NCBI GenBank assembly: GCA_012295275.1
Contig: CM022665.1
Location: forward strand, 46,252,001-46,316,000
From: Chrysomallon squamiferum
Lineage: Eukaryota; Animalia; Mollusca
Length of the DNA stretch: 64,000 nt
Direction: 5' to 3'
Shown: in pieces, positions 28,200 through 42,757 of the stretch
How the letters are laid out: each line of letters starts with the position of its first letter
Position numbering within the stretch: the stretch's first letter is position 1
The notes under the pieces: generated by a model
The model's database searches: none
What the model was told of the DNA's origin: nothing
The model's input: only the letters and a program-made list of their open reading frames with translations
Made by a program: the position numbers and the translations under genes

Positions 28200-29112
28200 C
28201 TGTGAATTATATGAGTTAGTCTTATTGTATGAGTTAGTCTTATTGTATGAGTTAGTTTTATTGTATGAGTTAGTCTTATTGTTTGAGTTCATTTTATTGT
28301 ATGAGTTAGTCTTATTGTATGAGTTAGTCTTATTGTATGAGTTAGTTTTATTGTATGAGTTAGTCTTATTGTATGAGTTAGTCTTATAGTATTAGTTAGT
28401 CTTATTGTATGAGTTAGTCTTATTGTATGAGTTAGTTTTATTATATGAGTTAGTCTTATTGTACGAGTTAGTTTTATTGTACAAGTTAGTTTTATTGTTT
28501 GAGTTAGTCTTATAGTATAAGTTAGTCTTATAGTATGAGTTAGTCTTATTGTTTGAGTTAGTCTTATAGTATTAGTCTAATTGTATGAGTTAGTCTTATT
28601 GTATGAGTTAGTCTTATTGTATGAGTTAGTCTTATTGTATGAGTTAGTTTTATTGTTTGAGTTAGTCTTATTGTATGTGTTAGTCTTATAGTATGAGTTA
28701 GTCTTATTGTTTGAGTTAGTCTTATAGTATTAGTCTAATTGTATGAGTTAGTCTTATTGTATGAGTCAGTCTTATTGTACGAGTTAGTCTTATTGTATGA
28801 GTTAGTTTTATTGTACGAGTTAGTTTTATTGTTTGAGTTGGTCTTATATGAGTTAGTCTTATTGTCTTATTGTATGAGTTAGTCCTATTTTATTGTATGA
28901 GTTAGTCTTATAGTATGAGTTAGTCTATTGTATGAGTTAGTCTTATTGTATGAGTTAGTCTTATTGTATGGGTTAGTCTTATTGTATGAGTTAGTCTTAT
29001 TGTACAAGTTAGTCTTATTGTTTGAGTTAGTCTGTGAATTATATGAGTTAGTCTTATTGTATGACTTAGTCTTATTGTACAAGTTAGTCTTATTGTTTGA
29101 GTTAGTCTTATG
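28200..29112. repeat. 18-bp minisatellite ttgtatgagttagtctta, preceded by (GT)n
   Basis: Direct reading; gives the spurious YELVLL/NKTNSY ORFs. Confidence 0.97.
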
Positions 29113-29904
29113 ATACAGATTATATATTCTGTAATGCTCATGATATGTAACCACAACCAGCTTCTTCGGTTTATGGTTATTCAGTATTATTTCTGTTTAT
29201 CTTCAAAACTGCTTGTTACATTGTCATTATCAGAGAAAATGGTAAAAATTACCTAACCAAAAAATAGTTCTAAGATAAAATCAAAAAAAAAAAAAATGAT
29301 TCTAAGATTAATCAATGAAAAATAATTCTTTGGTATCAACCAAAATACAAATCTTTGACAGGTATCCCCAAAAATACAGTTTCAAACCATATTAATTCTT
29401 AAATACCAAACAAAAATATTTTAAAAATATCATAAAAAAAATACTAAGATATTGACCATAATTAATAGTCATATATCAACAAAACATAATTCTATGATAA
29501 CTCTGAGATACTAATCAAACATGATTCCATGACAGCCATAATTTAAAATAACAAAGATCCTAAAACACCCAAATAAAATTTATTATTAATGCGATCCTAC
29601 AAATTCTGTGTCAGACATAAAATACAAAAATTCTATAAAGAGGAGATATCAGAACACAAAAGCCAGATGTGTAAATTATAACTGGTTAGAATGAGTTATA
29701 GTCCACTGGTTAGAATGAGTGATGGGTGAGAAAAATGATTTATTGATGGGAGTAACCCCAAAGGGGCCTCTCATTGCAGCCAGTGTATTGAGTACAGTGT
29801 ATTAAAATATCAGAACATTGTACTAAGAAGTAACAGATAAGAGGAACAATGATCTACTGTGTAATAACCTGTGAGCTGCTGTTTATCATAGCCAGGGTTA
29901 AGTG

Positions 29905-30445
29905 TCTGATGCATCAAAACGTTATGGTATGTGCTGTGTTAATAAAAATAACAATGAATCTATCTGTTCAAGGGATGGTATATATACAAAACTTGTATAT
30001 ACTGTTGCTGAACAGTGAGCGTAGCTGACTGTATCATGACAGGATATTTCACCTCTGTGACAAAAGATTGTGGTTTGTGTTGCTCTGGTATATATATAAA
30101 GTATATATTACAAGCTAAATAGTTCACTGCATTATAACAGTAGATTTCAACATTGTAACAAAGGTTATAGTTTGTGTTGTTCTGTTCTAGCGAAGGTATA
30201 TATATAAAGTATATATTACTGCTAAATAGTTCACTGCATTATGACAGGAGATTTCAACTTTGTAACAAAGGTTACGGTTTGTGTTGTTCTGTTCAAGGGA
30301 AGGCTTTTATAAAATGTTTATTACTGCTGCTAACCAGAATGCATTGCTCATTGGATTATGACAAAGATAATGGTATGTGCTGTTCTGTTCAGGAGAAGAC
30401 TTATAAAAAAAGTGTATATTGCTGTTAATCAGAATTCATAGCTCA
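29905..30445 (+). repeat. ~96-107-bp tandem array derived from the SINE central core
   Basis: Anchors tgt(a/g)acaaa.g and tatgacaaag near 30056, 30154, 30261 and 30357, followed by tggt(a/t)tgtg..gttctgttc..ggaagg..tataaa..ttactgctaa. Confidence 0.6.
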
Positions 30446-31007
30446 TCTCATACTATCATTACACATTCACATAACTGTATTATTATAAAAATTATTATTA
30501 TTAACACATCTATAATATACTGTATATCTATAATACAGTATCAGTATAATTTCTTTGTTTTTTTAAAACACTTCTATCCATTATTCAATTTCAGACACAC
30601 ACAGTTATGATCACATGTTAAAAAAAAAAAAAAATCAACTTCTTCATCCTATACATAATACACACACACACACACACACATTTTAAAGACTGAGACTAAA
30701 TCTGAGAGATTTGGAGCAGAAGTGGATGGATGGACATCCCATTTAGCAAGTTGACCTTTCTAATCTTCGACTTCCTCTTCTGAAAAAAAGCTTTCATTAT
30801 TAGTGCTAATGGCAGAGCTAGCTGTTCGGTAAATGGACCGTAACACATTCAGAACGTCTTCGTTTGGTTTTCAGTAGGTTTTTAAAGGGGACACAATTGA
30901 GCAGAGAAAGGTCTCCACAATTTGTCACCAATCAGTGTAATTATTTTATTATGACCGCTAATGCAAGACCAGTAAATTAGATATTATTGCTATACAAAAG
31001 CAGGAAC

Positions 31008-31055
<48 letters not shown>

Positions 31056-32039
31056 AAAAGAGGTCTCAGAGAAAATATGCAAGTCCAATATTGAGGACAG
31101 TGAAGGTTTTGGAGGTTTTTCTTGTGAAGTGTTTGAAGATGGAGAAAGGTTTTGATGATGGAGTGTGTGAATATGTATGTGAATATATGTGTGTGTGTGT
31201 GAAAAATGAATCAAGAACATTTTTAATACGGTCATATATGTGTTTAAGTAATTTACATACACATTTATCTTCTAATGTTTCTTAGCATTCTTGATGCAAA
31301 ATGTTAGTAATGTTAGCTCATAAATGTACTTGATTGATTTTTACAAGAAGGACAAAAAAAAGGGAAATAAAAAAAGAAGGTTTTGAAATTTTTTTTTTTT
31401 TTTCAGTTTTCAGATATTGAAAAAAGTTGACATGTGCAATATCACACAAACATCAGTGCCACCTGAGATACTTTTACATTCCACTATTTTTCACAAATAA
31501 CTAATAACATTGCTGAAGTGAACAGAGTATCAAGCGAAGCAGACTAACGCAAGTTTAATAACTTTTCCTTTGACTTCTCTTTCTCTCCCCCTCTCTCTCC
31601 CTGTCTGTATTGTGTTTTCTTGTGTAGGCGAAACAGTCAATATATATATATATATATATTTTTTTTACTCAGTCTGTGTTGATACAGTCCCTGTGACAAC
31701 ATGATGTATATTGTCTTTTCACCACTGTGTTATAAGGTCATGTGGACTTAACATAAAGTGTTGCTTTTGTATTTTCTGTGTGGGAGTATTTTCTATGAGG
31801 ATCTTTATGTGTTGTTTGTTCTCTGCAAAAACAGTCCTAGGAGCCTTTTTGATATTGTGCAGTTCTAGATGGCTGTGTGATGTGAAATAAAGACTCAGGG
31901 TTCATCTGTAACAAGTTGTATGTCTTATGAAACCTATAGAGCTTTAGAGACTTATATGATGTATTAAATAAATATGATGAATTGTATAATCTTAAGGATG
32001 TGTATGATAAACTATACAATACCAGGGACCTGTATGATG

Positions 32040-32780
32040 AATTGTGTTACATGTCCTAAAAACCTACATCATATATTACACAGTCCTAATAACCTACATC
32101 ATGTGTTACACAGTCCTAAGAAACCTACATCATATATTACACAGTCCTAATAAACCTACATCATATATTACACAGTCCTAATAACCTACATCATATATTA
32201 CACAGTCCTAAGAAACCTACATCATATATTACACAGTCCTAAGAAACCTACATCATATATTACACAGTCCTAATAAACCTACATAAAATATTACAGTCCT
32301 AATAAACATCATATATTACAGTCCAGTCCATATATTAAAAGTCCTAAGAAACATCATGTGTTAAACAGTCCTAAGAACCTAAATGATGTATTACACAGTC
32401 CTAAGAACCTAAATGATATATTACACAGTCCTAATAAACCTATATCATATATTACACAGTCCTAATAAACCTACATCATGTGTTACACAGTCCTAAGAAC
32501 CTAAATGATGTATTACACAGTCCTAAAAACCTAAATGATGTATTACACAGTCCTAATAAACCTACATCATATATTACACAGTCCTAATAAACCTATATCA
32601 TATATTAAACAGTCCTAATAAACCTATATCATATATTAAATCCTCCAACAATAAACCTATATCATATATTAAACAGTCCTAATAAACCTATATCATATAT
32701 TACACAGTCCTAAGAACCTAAATGATGTATTACACAGTCCTAATAAACCTATATCATATATTACACAGTCCTAAGACCCC
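32040..32780. repeat. 30-31-bp minisatellite ttacacagtcctaataaacctacatcatata
   Basis: Anchors at 32076, 32106, 32137 and onward. Confidence 0.95.
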
Positions 32781-32824
32781 ATGTGTCGCATGTTGTTTGC
32801 TCTCTGTATATTACACTGCCTTAG

Positions 32825-33050
32825 GATTCGCAGGATTCTCTGTTTGTTTTCCTCTGAGGTCAAAGTTCAGCACAGCCCCAGGGTGTTCGGTGGACGCATA
32901 CGACACCGCCCCCAGGGTCCCAGTGGACGCACATTACCCCCAGAAGAGGTGAGGAAAGAGAAAGTTAATAGGAAATCGTTTCCTCGTCGCTGACGTTGCT
33001 CGTTCAGCAGAAAACTGCAGCAGTCAGTCGGAAGACTCTGAGATTCCTTG
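32825..33050. promoter_or_regulatory. GC-rich island with a nuclear-receptor DR1 and two COE/EBF-like sites
   Basis: AGGTCAaAGTTCA at 32857-32869; CCCCAGGG at 32876 and 32910, each followed by GTGGACGCA. Confidence 0.35.
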
Positions 33051-33958
33051 TTGTATCTGGGAAACCATTTTATTTTTTATTTCTTTTAATTTTTTTGTAA
33101 CTTCGTGGTCGTGTTAACATTATTGATGTGTGTGTGGTTGTTTTTTTTTAAATTTCTATTACAGGCTGTGTTTGTTATTGATATTGAGGTTGGATTTTTG
33201 TGTCAGATTTGTTTTGTTAACAAATATTTGAGGGTTTTTTTTTTTTTTTTTTTGGTGTAAGATTTGTTTAGGTGATTGTCCCATGTGATATTAATAGCTA
33301 TATTTAATAATAAGGGCAAAAAAAATGCATCATTATGTGTGTCTGTCTGTCTTTCTGTATGTATGTGTGCATGTTTATGTGTGTGTGTACATGTCTGACT
33401 GTATTTGTGTGTATGTGTGTCTGTATGTCTTTGTTTACATGTGTTCTTGTCTGTATGTGTGTACATTTGTGTGTGGTGTAGTATATATGTATGTACATCT
33501 GTATGTTTCTGTATATGTGTCAGTCAATAACTCTATACATACATACATATTCAAAGCACACACACACACACACACACACACTCAAAATCAACATGAAACA
33601 TCTACAACAACAGCATCACCGCTGAATACTAACAACGTCTCTCGCCAACATTCTGACAAACTCTCATCATCTGCATCTTGATTAAAATTTTCTTCATTCT
33701 GGTCGTCCAATCATTTACTACATTTCCATACAAACAAGCAACAATTGTATCAGCCCCCCCACAGATCAGTTTCAGTCTCTCTTATCCCCAGATTCTGAAT
33801 ATCTCACAATTATGATATTAATTTTGTTTGTCTTTCTCTGCAGTGCTGTGACAAAACTGCCATGCTATCAGCCTGCTTCACGAGAGAGTCAAAAAAAAAG
33901 AAAAAAAAGTTTAAGTGTAAGATAAAAACAAATCACTCGTTTGAATCTTTGGATTTTC

Positions 33959-34963
33959 AGATGGATGGATGGATGGATGGATGGATGGATGGATGAATGG
34001 AAGGATGGATGGATGGATGGATGAATGGAAGGATGGATGGATGGATGGATGGATGGATGGATGGATGGATGGATGGATGGATGGATGGATGGATGGATGG
34101 ATGGGGTGGATGGATGGATGGATGGAAGGATGGATGGATGGATGGATGGATGGATGGATGGATGGATGGATGGATGGATGGATGGATGGATGGATGGATG
34201 GATGGATGGATGGATGGATGGATGGATGGATGGATGGATGGATGGATGGATGGAAGGATGGATGGATGGATGGATGGATGGATGGATGGATGGATGGATG
34301 GATGGATGGATGGATGGATGGATGGATGGATGGATGGATGGATGGATGGATGGATGGATGGATGGATGGATGGATGGATGGATGGATGGATGGATGGATG
34401 GATGGATGGAAGGATGGATGGATGGATGGATGGATGGATGGATGGATGGATGGATGGATGGATGGATGGATGGATGGATGGATGGATGGATGGATGGATG
34501 GATGGATGGATGGATGGATGGATGGATGGATGGATGGATGGATGGATGGATGGAAGGATGGATGGATGGATGGATGGATGGATGGATGGATGGATGGATG
34601 GATGGATGGATGGATGGATGGATGGATGGGATGGATGGATGGATGGATGGATGGATGGATGGATGGATGGATGGATGGATGGATGGATGGGATGGATGGA
34701 TGGATGGATGGATGGATGGATGGATGGATGGATGGATGGATGGATGGATGGATGGATGGATGGATGGATGGATGGATGGATGGATGGATGGATGGATGGA
34801 TGGATGGATGGATGGATGGATGGATGGATGGATGGATGGATGGATGGATGGATGGATGGATGGATGGATGGATGGAAGGATGGAAGGATGGATGGATGGA
34901 TGGATGGATGGATGGGTGGATGGATGGATGGAAGGATGGAAGGATGGATGGATGGATGGATGG
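33959..34963. repeat. ~1-kb (GGAT)n tetranucleotide array
   Basis: Direct reading; occasional GGAA variants. Confidence 0.99.
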
Positions 34964-35157
34964 TCATTTGTATGTTTTTGTTTCAGAAATGGACAACCCT
35001 TCTGGCTAGTTGTGATCATTCGGTTTTTGCTGAGTGTAAAAAGATTATTTTGTATATCCCCCCTGCCCCTGGGGAATGTGAATGCATGACCAATGAAAAT
35101 AATAATTATTTTTGTTTCTGAAGAATGTTTTGTGTCCAGTAGGTATGTCTCTAGGTG

Positions 35158-35199
<42 letters not shown>

Positions 35200-35414
35200 T
35201 GTTGTAGTTTTTGTGTCTGTATGTATGTATGAATGAATATATGTCTGTCTCTCTGTCAGTTTGTGTTTTATGAATATCAGTCTGTCTGTGTGTATATAGT
35301 GTTGTATATATATATTTACATATGTATATTTGAATACTTATGAGTATATGTTTGTGAGTATATGTATGTATGCATAGATGTATATGTGTATATTTGAATA
35401 TATATGTGTGTGTA

Positions 35415-35457
<43 letters not shown>

Positions 35458-35523
35458 GTGTGTATGTATGTACATATGTATGTGTATGTATCTGTATGCA
35501 TGTGTATATATCTGTGTGTGTGG

Positions 35524-35568
<45 letters not shown>

Positions 35569-36162
35569 CATATAAACATATATATATATGTACCTATGCA
35601 TGCATTCAAACATGTTACAGATCACACATACATAATTATTGCAAAATTTTATCTTCACACCAAAAATATCTTCTTCTTCTTCTGTACGTACAACATTACA
35701 AACTATTACACACTATTACTCACTACTACACACTATTACAAACATCCGAAAGTGACACACACACCCAGGCTGGCTGTCAAGTTTGCGGCTCACTGTGTGT
35801 ACAGAGGTCAGTGACACAAAGTGAATATGACTGGACATAATGGAAGTCTTAATGGTAATTCACTTTGTGAAATTCATTTAGTGACAAATTAGAGCTTTCT
35901 CTGGCACAGGCGCCGTGCCATTGTCTTCGTGTTATTTGTCTGAGAAGTACTTCCCGCACTTCGGTCAACACTTGGGGTTTTTTAAGTTTTTAGTTTCGTA
36001 ATCAGACACAGACGATAATTATGTTTTAAATATTTAACAAATGTGAAGTGAGTAGGATTAATATAGTATCTGGTCACACTTTTTAAATTATATATATGTG
36101 TGTGTCTGTGTGTGTGTATATGTGTGTGTGTGTATGTATGTGTGTGTCGCATTTTAAAAAAT

Positions 36163-36209
<47 letters not shown>

Positions 36210-36585
36210 TTTTAAATATAACAAATTTGAATTGATGAAATAATAATTCTGTTCGTATTTTTAAAAATAATAATAATATATATATATATATATATATGAT
36301 GTTTTAAATTATGTAAAATTTTAAATATCTTTACAAAATATTTTGTTTTATTTTCAGATATATATAATAATTATTTATCGAAAATTTTGTGGTCAAATCT
36401 GAAGTGTCCAGATAATTATTATTATTATTTTTTTTTTTATATAAGGTTTTATACAAATACTGGTTGTACAGTTAAGAAAGAAGTCTTAAAATAGGCATGA
36501 ACTTTGAAATACAAAGAAGTAGCTGCAAATTTAGAGAGATGAAAAAGATAAACACTGTTTGACACACACACACACACACATATAG

Positions 36586-36618
<33 letters not shown>

Positions 36619-36685
36619 TACATATATAAAACTCACAGACATACATACATATGTACATAATACACACACACACACACAGAGATAC

Positions 36686-36720
<35 letters not shown>

Positions 36721-36999
36721 GCACACATAATACACCACTGGGTGTACGATACGACACTGTATTACACAGACATTAATTACAAAGATCCTCAAAGTTCCAG
36801 CAGAGGCTAAGGAAAAGCCACTCCAAGTCAGATCTAAACACTTGCTAATCTCTGTGAAAATATTTCTGTTAGTTGTCAGAGTCCTTCACTCAGTTAGTCC
36901 CTGCATTCATCTGTCTGATTGTCTGCTTGGGTGAGCAAATGTGAAGACTCTTTCTAAAAACAGACTGTGTAATGGATAATTTGTGTAGCGGAATTGTGG

Positions 37000-37285
37000 A
37001 GTGAGATTGTGTATGGATAGATGTACAGACAGATTTTTGTATGGACATATAGTGAAGACAGATTATATATATATGGACTGATTGTTAAACTGGATTGGGT
37101 ATAAATGGATTGTGAAATAAGATTGTGTATGGACATATGTACAGACAGATTTTTGTATGGACATATAGTGAAGACATATTATATATATATGGACTAATTG
37201 TTAAGCTGGATTGTGTATAAATGGATTGTGAAATAAGATTGTGTATGGATAAATGTACAGAGAGATTTTTGTATGGACAGATTTT
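37000..37285. repeat. ~116-bp tandem duplication, about 2.4 copies
   Basis: gattgtgtatgga at about 37005, 37121 and 37237. Confidence 0.9.
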
Positions 37286-37588
37286 GAAGTAAGATTCTTT
37301 ATGTTTGCTTTATTAAGAACATCTGTATGCATGAGTGTATGTATGTATGTATGTAGGTATATATGTACATAAATAAAACACACACACACACACATAGATA
37401 GACACAGATAAATATATTATCTTAAGGCCTTACACACAGACACGTACATACATACATATTTATATGTGTGCATGTATGCATGTATGTATAAACATAAATA
37501 AAACACACACACACACACATAGGATAGATAGACAGATAGACAGATAGATAGACAAATAGTCAGACAGATAGATATATTATCGTAAAGC

Positions 37589-37648
<60 letters not shown>

Positions 37649-37992
37649 GACAGACACACACACATGTATAGAAATATTGTGAAGAAGTATTATGAAGACA
37701 TGGTTAGTGATAACAAATTTCATGATGACAGTTATACATAGTGCAGATGTCAAAATAAGAAATATGGAGATTTCAGTCATTACACTAAAAGTGATACAGA
37801 TAAAATGGACAAACTGACAAATACAAGTCACACACCTGAATATGACACCTGTGTATTAATTTAATCAGCACAAAACAAAACACACCTGCAGATATAAGTA
37901 AACCCATGAACATATATCATCTCTCTAATTCTATATTTCCCTTCTTTTTTTTTCTTCTTTTTTTTCTAAATTTCTGCTAGAAGATTAAGAAT

Positions 37993-38023
<31 letters not shown>

Positions 38024-38057
38024 CTTTTCTGGTTTTAACAAAAGATATAATGAAGAG

Positions 38058-38088
<31 letters not shown>

Positions 38089-38439
38089 GAAGAGAGCTTT
38101 AAAGATTTCAGTGTTCTTAATTAATCATTCATATTCGGATAGCTCTATTGATTTGCTTCACAATTATCCTCGTTAGGATTCACCAGCAGTAAGTCGGATC
38201 GGGATATTAAAGGATTTAAGAAATAATGATCGAATGCTGTTTACAGCGAGTCTCTGGTTTGAGAATAATTAAAACTTAATAATCTGAACGAAATGTAAAG
38301 TTTTAATCGTTCATAGTTGGTGGAGGTTGTCTTAATTAATTATCAGATATTTTTAAAAGTACAAGTGTATGGACATAGATAATAAATAAATAAAACAGTT
38401 GTTTTATTTTTAAAATAAATAAATACATAAATAAGTAAG

Positions 38440-38502
<63 letters not shown>

Positions 38503-39439
38503 AATAAAATAAATAAATAAATAAATAATTAAATAAATAAAATAAATAAATAAATATATCAGTAAATAAATAAATACATAAATAAAAATATAAATAAGCA
38601 GATAAATATACAAATAACAAAAATATGAAAGATAAAAAAGAAGATAGACAGAGATAGATAAATATATATGTAATATTATATAAAATAATAAAATGCAATG
38701 TGATTTTTATGATATAATATAATATAATACACTGTAATATACTATATTGTAATATTCCATAACGTAACATAATATAAGATATAGTATAACAGACCATAGA
38801 AAGAAATATAACACAACATAAAATACAATAACAAAAAAGATCAGACACTATGTAAAGTTTATCATCTAGGATATTCTTCTTCTAAAATTTGTTTTTTATC
38901 TGACAGTTTTGAAAAACAGTTTTATAATATTAATATTAAATAGAACCAGTTATTTGTTAGAATAAATACTGATATAAAGTGTGATATTTTAAAAATAATT
39001 ATCTGTAACTTCAAACATTTTGTTTTAAATTTTAAATGTTTCAATGAAGTTAAAAAAAAAAATCACTTGAAAATTGTTTTATTTTAAATATACTAACAGA
39101 TATAATAAGAAATAAAACATGATAAAGGTAAATAATTTTAAGTAGATAAAATAAAAATGACAAAACTTAAATATATAAAACTTTAAACAATAAAATTTAG
39201 CAGATGTTTAGAAAAATGAACACAAATAAAATGACTGAGAAAGAATTTCTAAAAAAAAACATTGGAAGAGAAAAATAATTCAGAAACCTTTAAAAGTTTA
39301 AAAATAAATTAAAATGATAATAAAAATAAAATTTTCAAAAGAGTTTATATAAATTAAGATAAAACTATAAGATTTAAAACAGATAAATTCTTTCATCTTT
39401 CAGGTAACAAGAATAAAATCAGTAAACATTTTTTAAGAA

Positions 39440-40250
39440 AAATTCTTTGAAATTTTACAAAAGGATCAGAATAAAATTTGTCAAAAATCAAATTAGATAA
39501 ACTTTGAAAAATTTCATAAGGATAAGAACAAAAATATGCAAAAAATTAAACTTTGAAATCTTACAATAAAACAAGAACAAAATGAGTAAAAATCAAATCA
39601 GATAAACTTTGAAATCTTACAATAAAACAAGAACAAAATGAATAAAAACCAAATCAGATAAACTTTGAAATCTTTCAATAGGATAAGAACAAAATCAACA
39701 AAAAAAAATTAAACTTTGAAATGTAAAGATAAGAACAGAATGAGTAAAAATTAAATCAGATAAACTTTGAAATGTTACAATAAAACAAGAACAAAATCAA
39801 ATCAGAGATAAACTTTGAAATCTTTCAATAGGATAAGAACAAAATCAGCCAAAAAATAAAACTTTGAAATGTTAAGATAAGAACAGAATGAGTAAAAATT
39901 AAATCAGATAAACTTTGAAATCTTTCAACAGGATAAGAACAAAAATCTACAAAAAAATTAAACTTCTGAAATCTTACAAAAAAAAAAAAAAAAAAAATGA
40001 GTAAAAATCAAATCAGATAAACTCTGAAATCTTTCAAAAGGATAAGAACAAAATCAGAAAAAAAATTAAACTTTGAAATCTTAAGAGAACAAAAAAACAG
40101 AAAACAAAATAAGGATAAGAACAAAATCAAAAAAGATAAACTTTGAAATGTTAAAATAAAACAAGAACAGAATCAAATCAGAGATAAACTTTGAAATGTT
40201 ACAACAAAACGAGAACAAAATCAAATCAGAGATAAACTTTGAAATCTCTT
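39440..40250. repeat. Degenerate ~45-55-bp A-rich satellite
   Basis: aaactttgaaat...aagaacaaaat..aaatcagat recurs. Confidence 0.9.
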
Positions 40251-42499
40251 TTTTCCCCACTCTCAAAGACTTTCTCCTACCTTGATTCTCCTGAGCAGGA
40301 ATTCTTTTCCCTTCAACACACAAAAACAACGAGAGACTCAGAAAACCAACTCCGGCAACAAAACCAAGAATCAAACGCAACACCTGACTGCAGTGTCTTC
40401 TGAATGCCATCATCAGCATCATCTGAACAACAGTCACAGAGAGAGTTTAAAAAAAAAAAAAAAAAACCACACTCACAACATCAACACTGGCGTCAGATTT
40501 CTGACCGACCACCACTACTACTGCTACCAGCACCACCAATGAAAGAAGAGCTGAAATCTCCAATAAATGGACATGCTAATTTCTGCACAGTTTCTTTCTA
40601 CGACAAATTGATGAGAAATTTGCTTCTAATGTGTGCGTAGACGACGTACAGCCAAGCCTGCAGCTGGTTCGCCGATGCTCAAGCAGTCAGCGGCTTCGTA
40701 GCTGTAACGCAGATGAACCTTTCCGACTTCGCGCATCGGCGTTGGTATTGACGAGCGAAGACGAAGTGGCTATGGCAAGGTGGCAGGTTTCAAAGACTCC
40801 TTTCATAATCAGATTAAAACACGTTGGTTATTATTGATAGACTGAGTATTGATTCCTGCAATGCATGTGATTTTGACATCTGCTTCTGTCATGTTTTTGT
40901 TTTTGTTTTCGTTTTTTTTATACAAATAAATGTGATGTAATTTTACTAAGCATTTTGTAAAGGAAGTTAAAAAAACGCTTATAAAAGAAAGAAATTTTCC
41001 TTAAATGTCAACAAAATAGTAATTTAAAAAAAGAAAAAAAAAAGTGTTTTAGTGTAAATTGTGATCTTCAACACAGTGAGTTCACTTAATGTAGTTGTAA
41101 TAATTTTGTCTATAAATTCAAATGTTTAAAAAAAAAGAGTTTACTGAGTAAACATTATTCTTCATACAGTCAGTTCAGTTAATATACTAGTAATAATTTT
41201 GTGTAATAAAATACTAATTTTAGAAAAAAAGGGCTTTAAAGTTATCTTTATTCATTCACACAAAGAGTTCAATGAATACAGCATTTTGTAGAACTACAAG
41301 ACTGCGTAAATTATCTTTTATTAAAACACTAACATACATACAGTATGTTCTAAAAAGCCAGTGTACTTTGTATTCAACTTTATTACAATACTTTTTGCTT
41401 TAATATGCCGATTTCTAAAACATTTTATACTTCATATGCCATTTTCGACAAAACTTTGTACTTTGTATGCCATTTTTGAAAAATATTTATATATGTTACC
41501 CACTATTTTCAAAAATATTTTATATTTTGTAAGCTATTTTCTATAAAACTTTGTATTTTATATGCAATTTTCTAAAATATTTTATATGCAGTTTTCAAAA
41601 TAAATTTATACTTTATACATAATTCTCTATAAAATTAACACACACCAACAACAGAATAGTTCTGTATATTTGTTTTCTGTCACATGACAAGAGTTTCTGC
41701 TTTGACATTTTCTTTTCAGAACTGAAGCAGAAGATCCCTGTCCTATTCAAAGAACACAAAATAAAAATTAAAAACAAATTTCTACAAGCCTCCTCATTGT
41801 TTCCTTGAAGAATAAAAATTAAAAACTGTCATATAAAATTGTTTACTGTTGCTAACGCAAATTGTATGTATGTGTTTTGCTTGTTTATTTTTTGTTTGTT
41901 AGTGTACAGAGGCAGTTCTTTGGGTTCTTTTATTTATTTATTTATTTATTTATTGTCATTTAGCTAATTTATGTTCTGAATTCAGTTTTAGGAACAATGT
42001 CAGCAAAAAGAAAATTGTGACAGAAGTTGAAAATAAAAACAAAGGTCAAGCTTTTTTCTCACAAAATCATACAACAGTTTATATATCAAGCTATCACAAA
42101 TATAAACCATAGCATATCATTCGTATGTTATGTTTTAAAAAAAAACAAAAAAAAATTCACCACCATCTTTTCTAACCTGCACAAGATGGAAATATTTTAT
42201 AATTAATAATTTATATCATATAAATAATAAAAAAAAAAATAATAAAATCCCCCAAAAACAAAGAGTGATAAAGACCAGATGATTTTTTAAATAAAATTCA
42301 TCCAGTAATTGAAAATGAAAGATGTTACAAAAGCAGCCCTATTTGTGTCTGATATGAATCTAATTGGATTTAAAATAATGTGTTTATCATGTTAATAGAG
42401 GACACTGCCTTTTTGTAATGAAGTTATTTATGTTATTTTTATGATGATTTTCCTGAAATTATTTCAAAATGGCTTCTCTTGATATAAAACAGAAATGAG

Positions 42500-42725
42500 G
42501 AATAATAATAATAATAGTATTAGTAGTAGTGGTAGTAGTTGTGATAATAGTAGTAGTAGTAGTAGTTGTTGTGATAATAGTAGTAGTAGTAGTAGTAGTT
42601 GTGATAATAGTAGTAGTAGTAGTAGTAGTTGTGATAATAGTAGTAGTAGTAGTAGTAGTTGTGATAATAGTAGTAGTAGTAGTAGTAGTAGTACTAATAA
42701 TATTACTACTACTAATAATAATAAC

Positions 42726-42757
<32 letters not shown>

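Noticed and set aside
28177-29156. YELVLL/NKTNSY ORFs, and the NRNTDKNTM and 48070-48588 ORFs
   Set aside because: Repeat units are multiples of 3; no splice or compositional support for coding.
33889-35121. Five long ORFs (336-376 aa; HPSI/MDGW repeats)
   Set aside because: They are translations of (GGAT)n, which has no stop codon in any frame.
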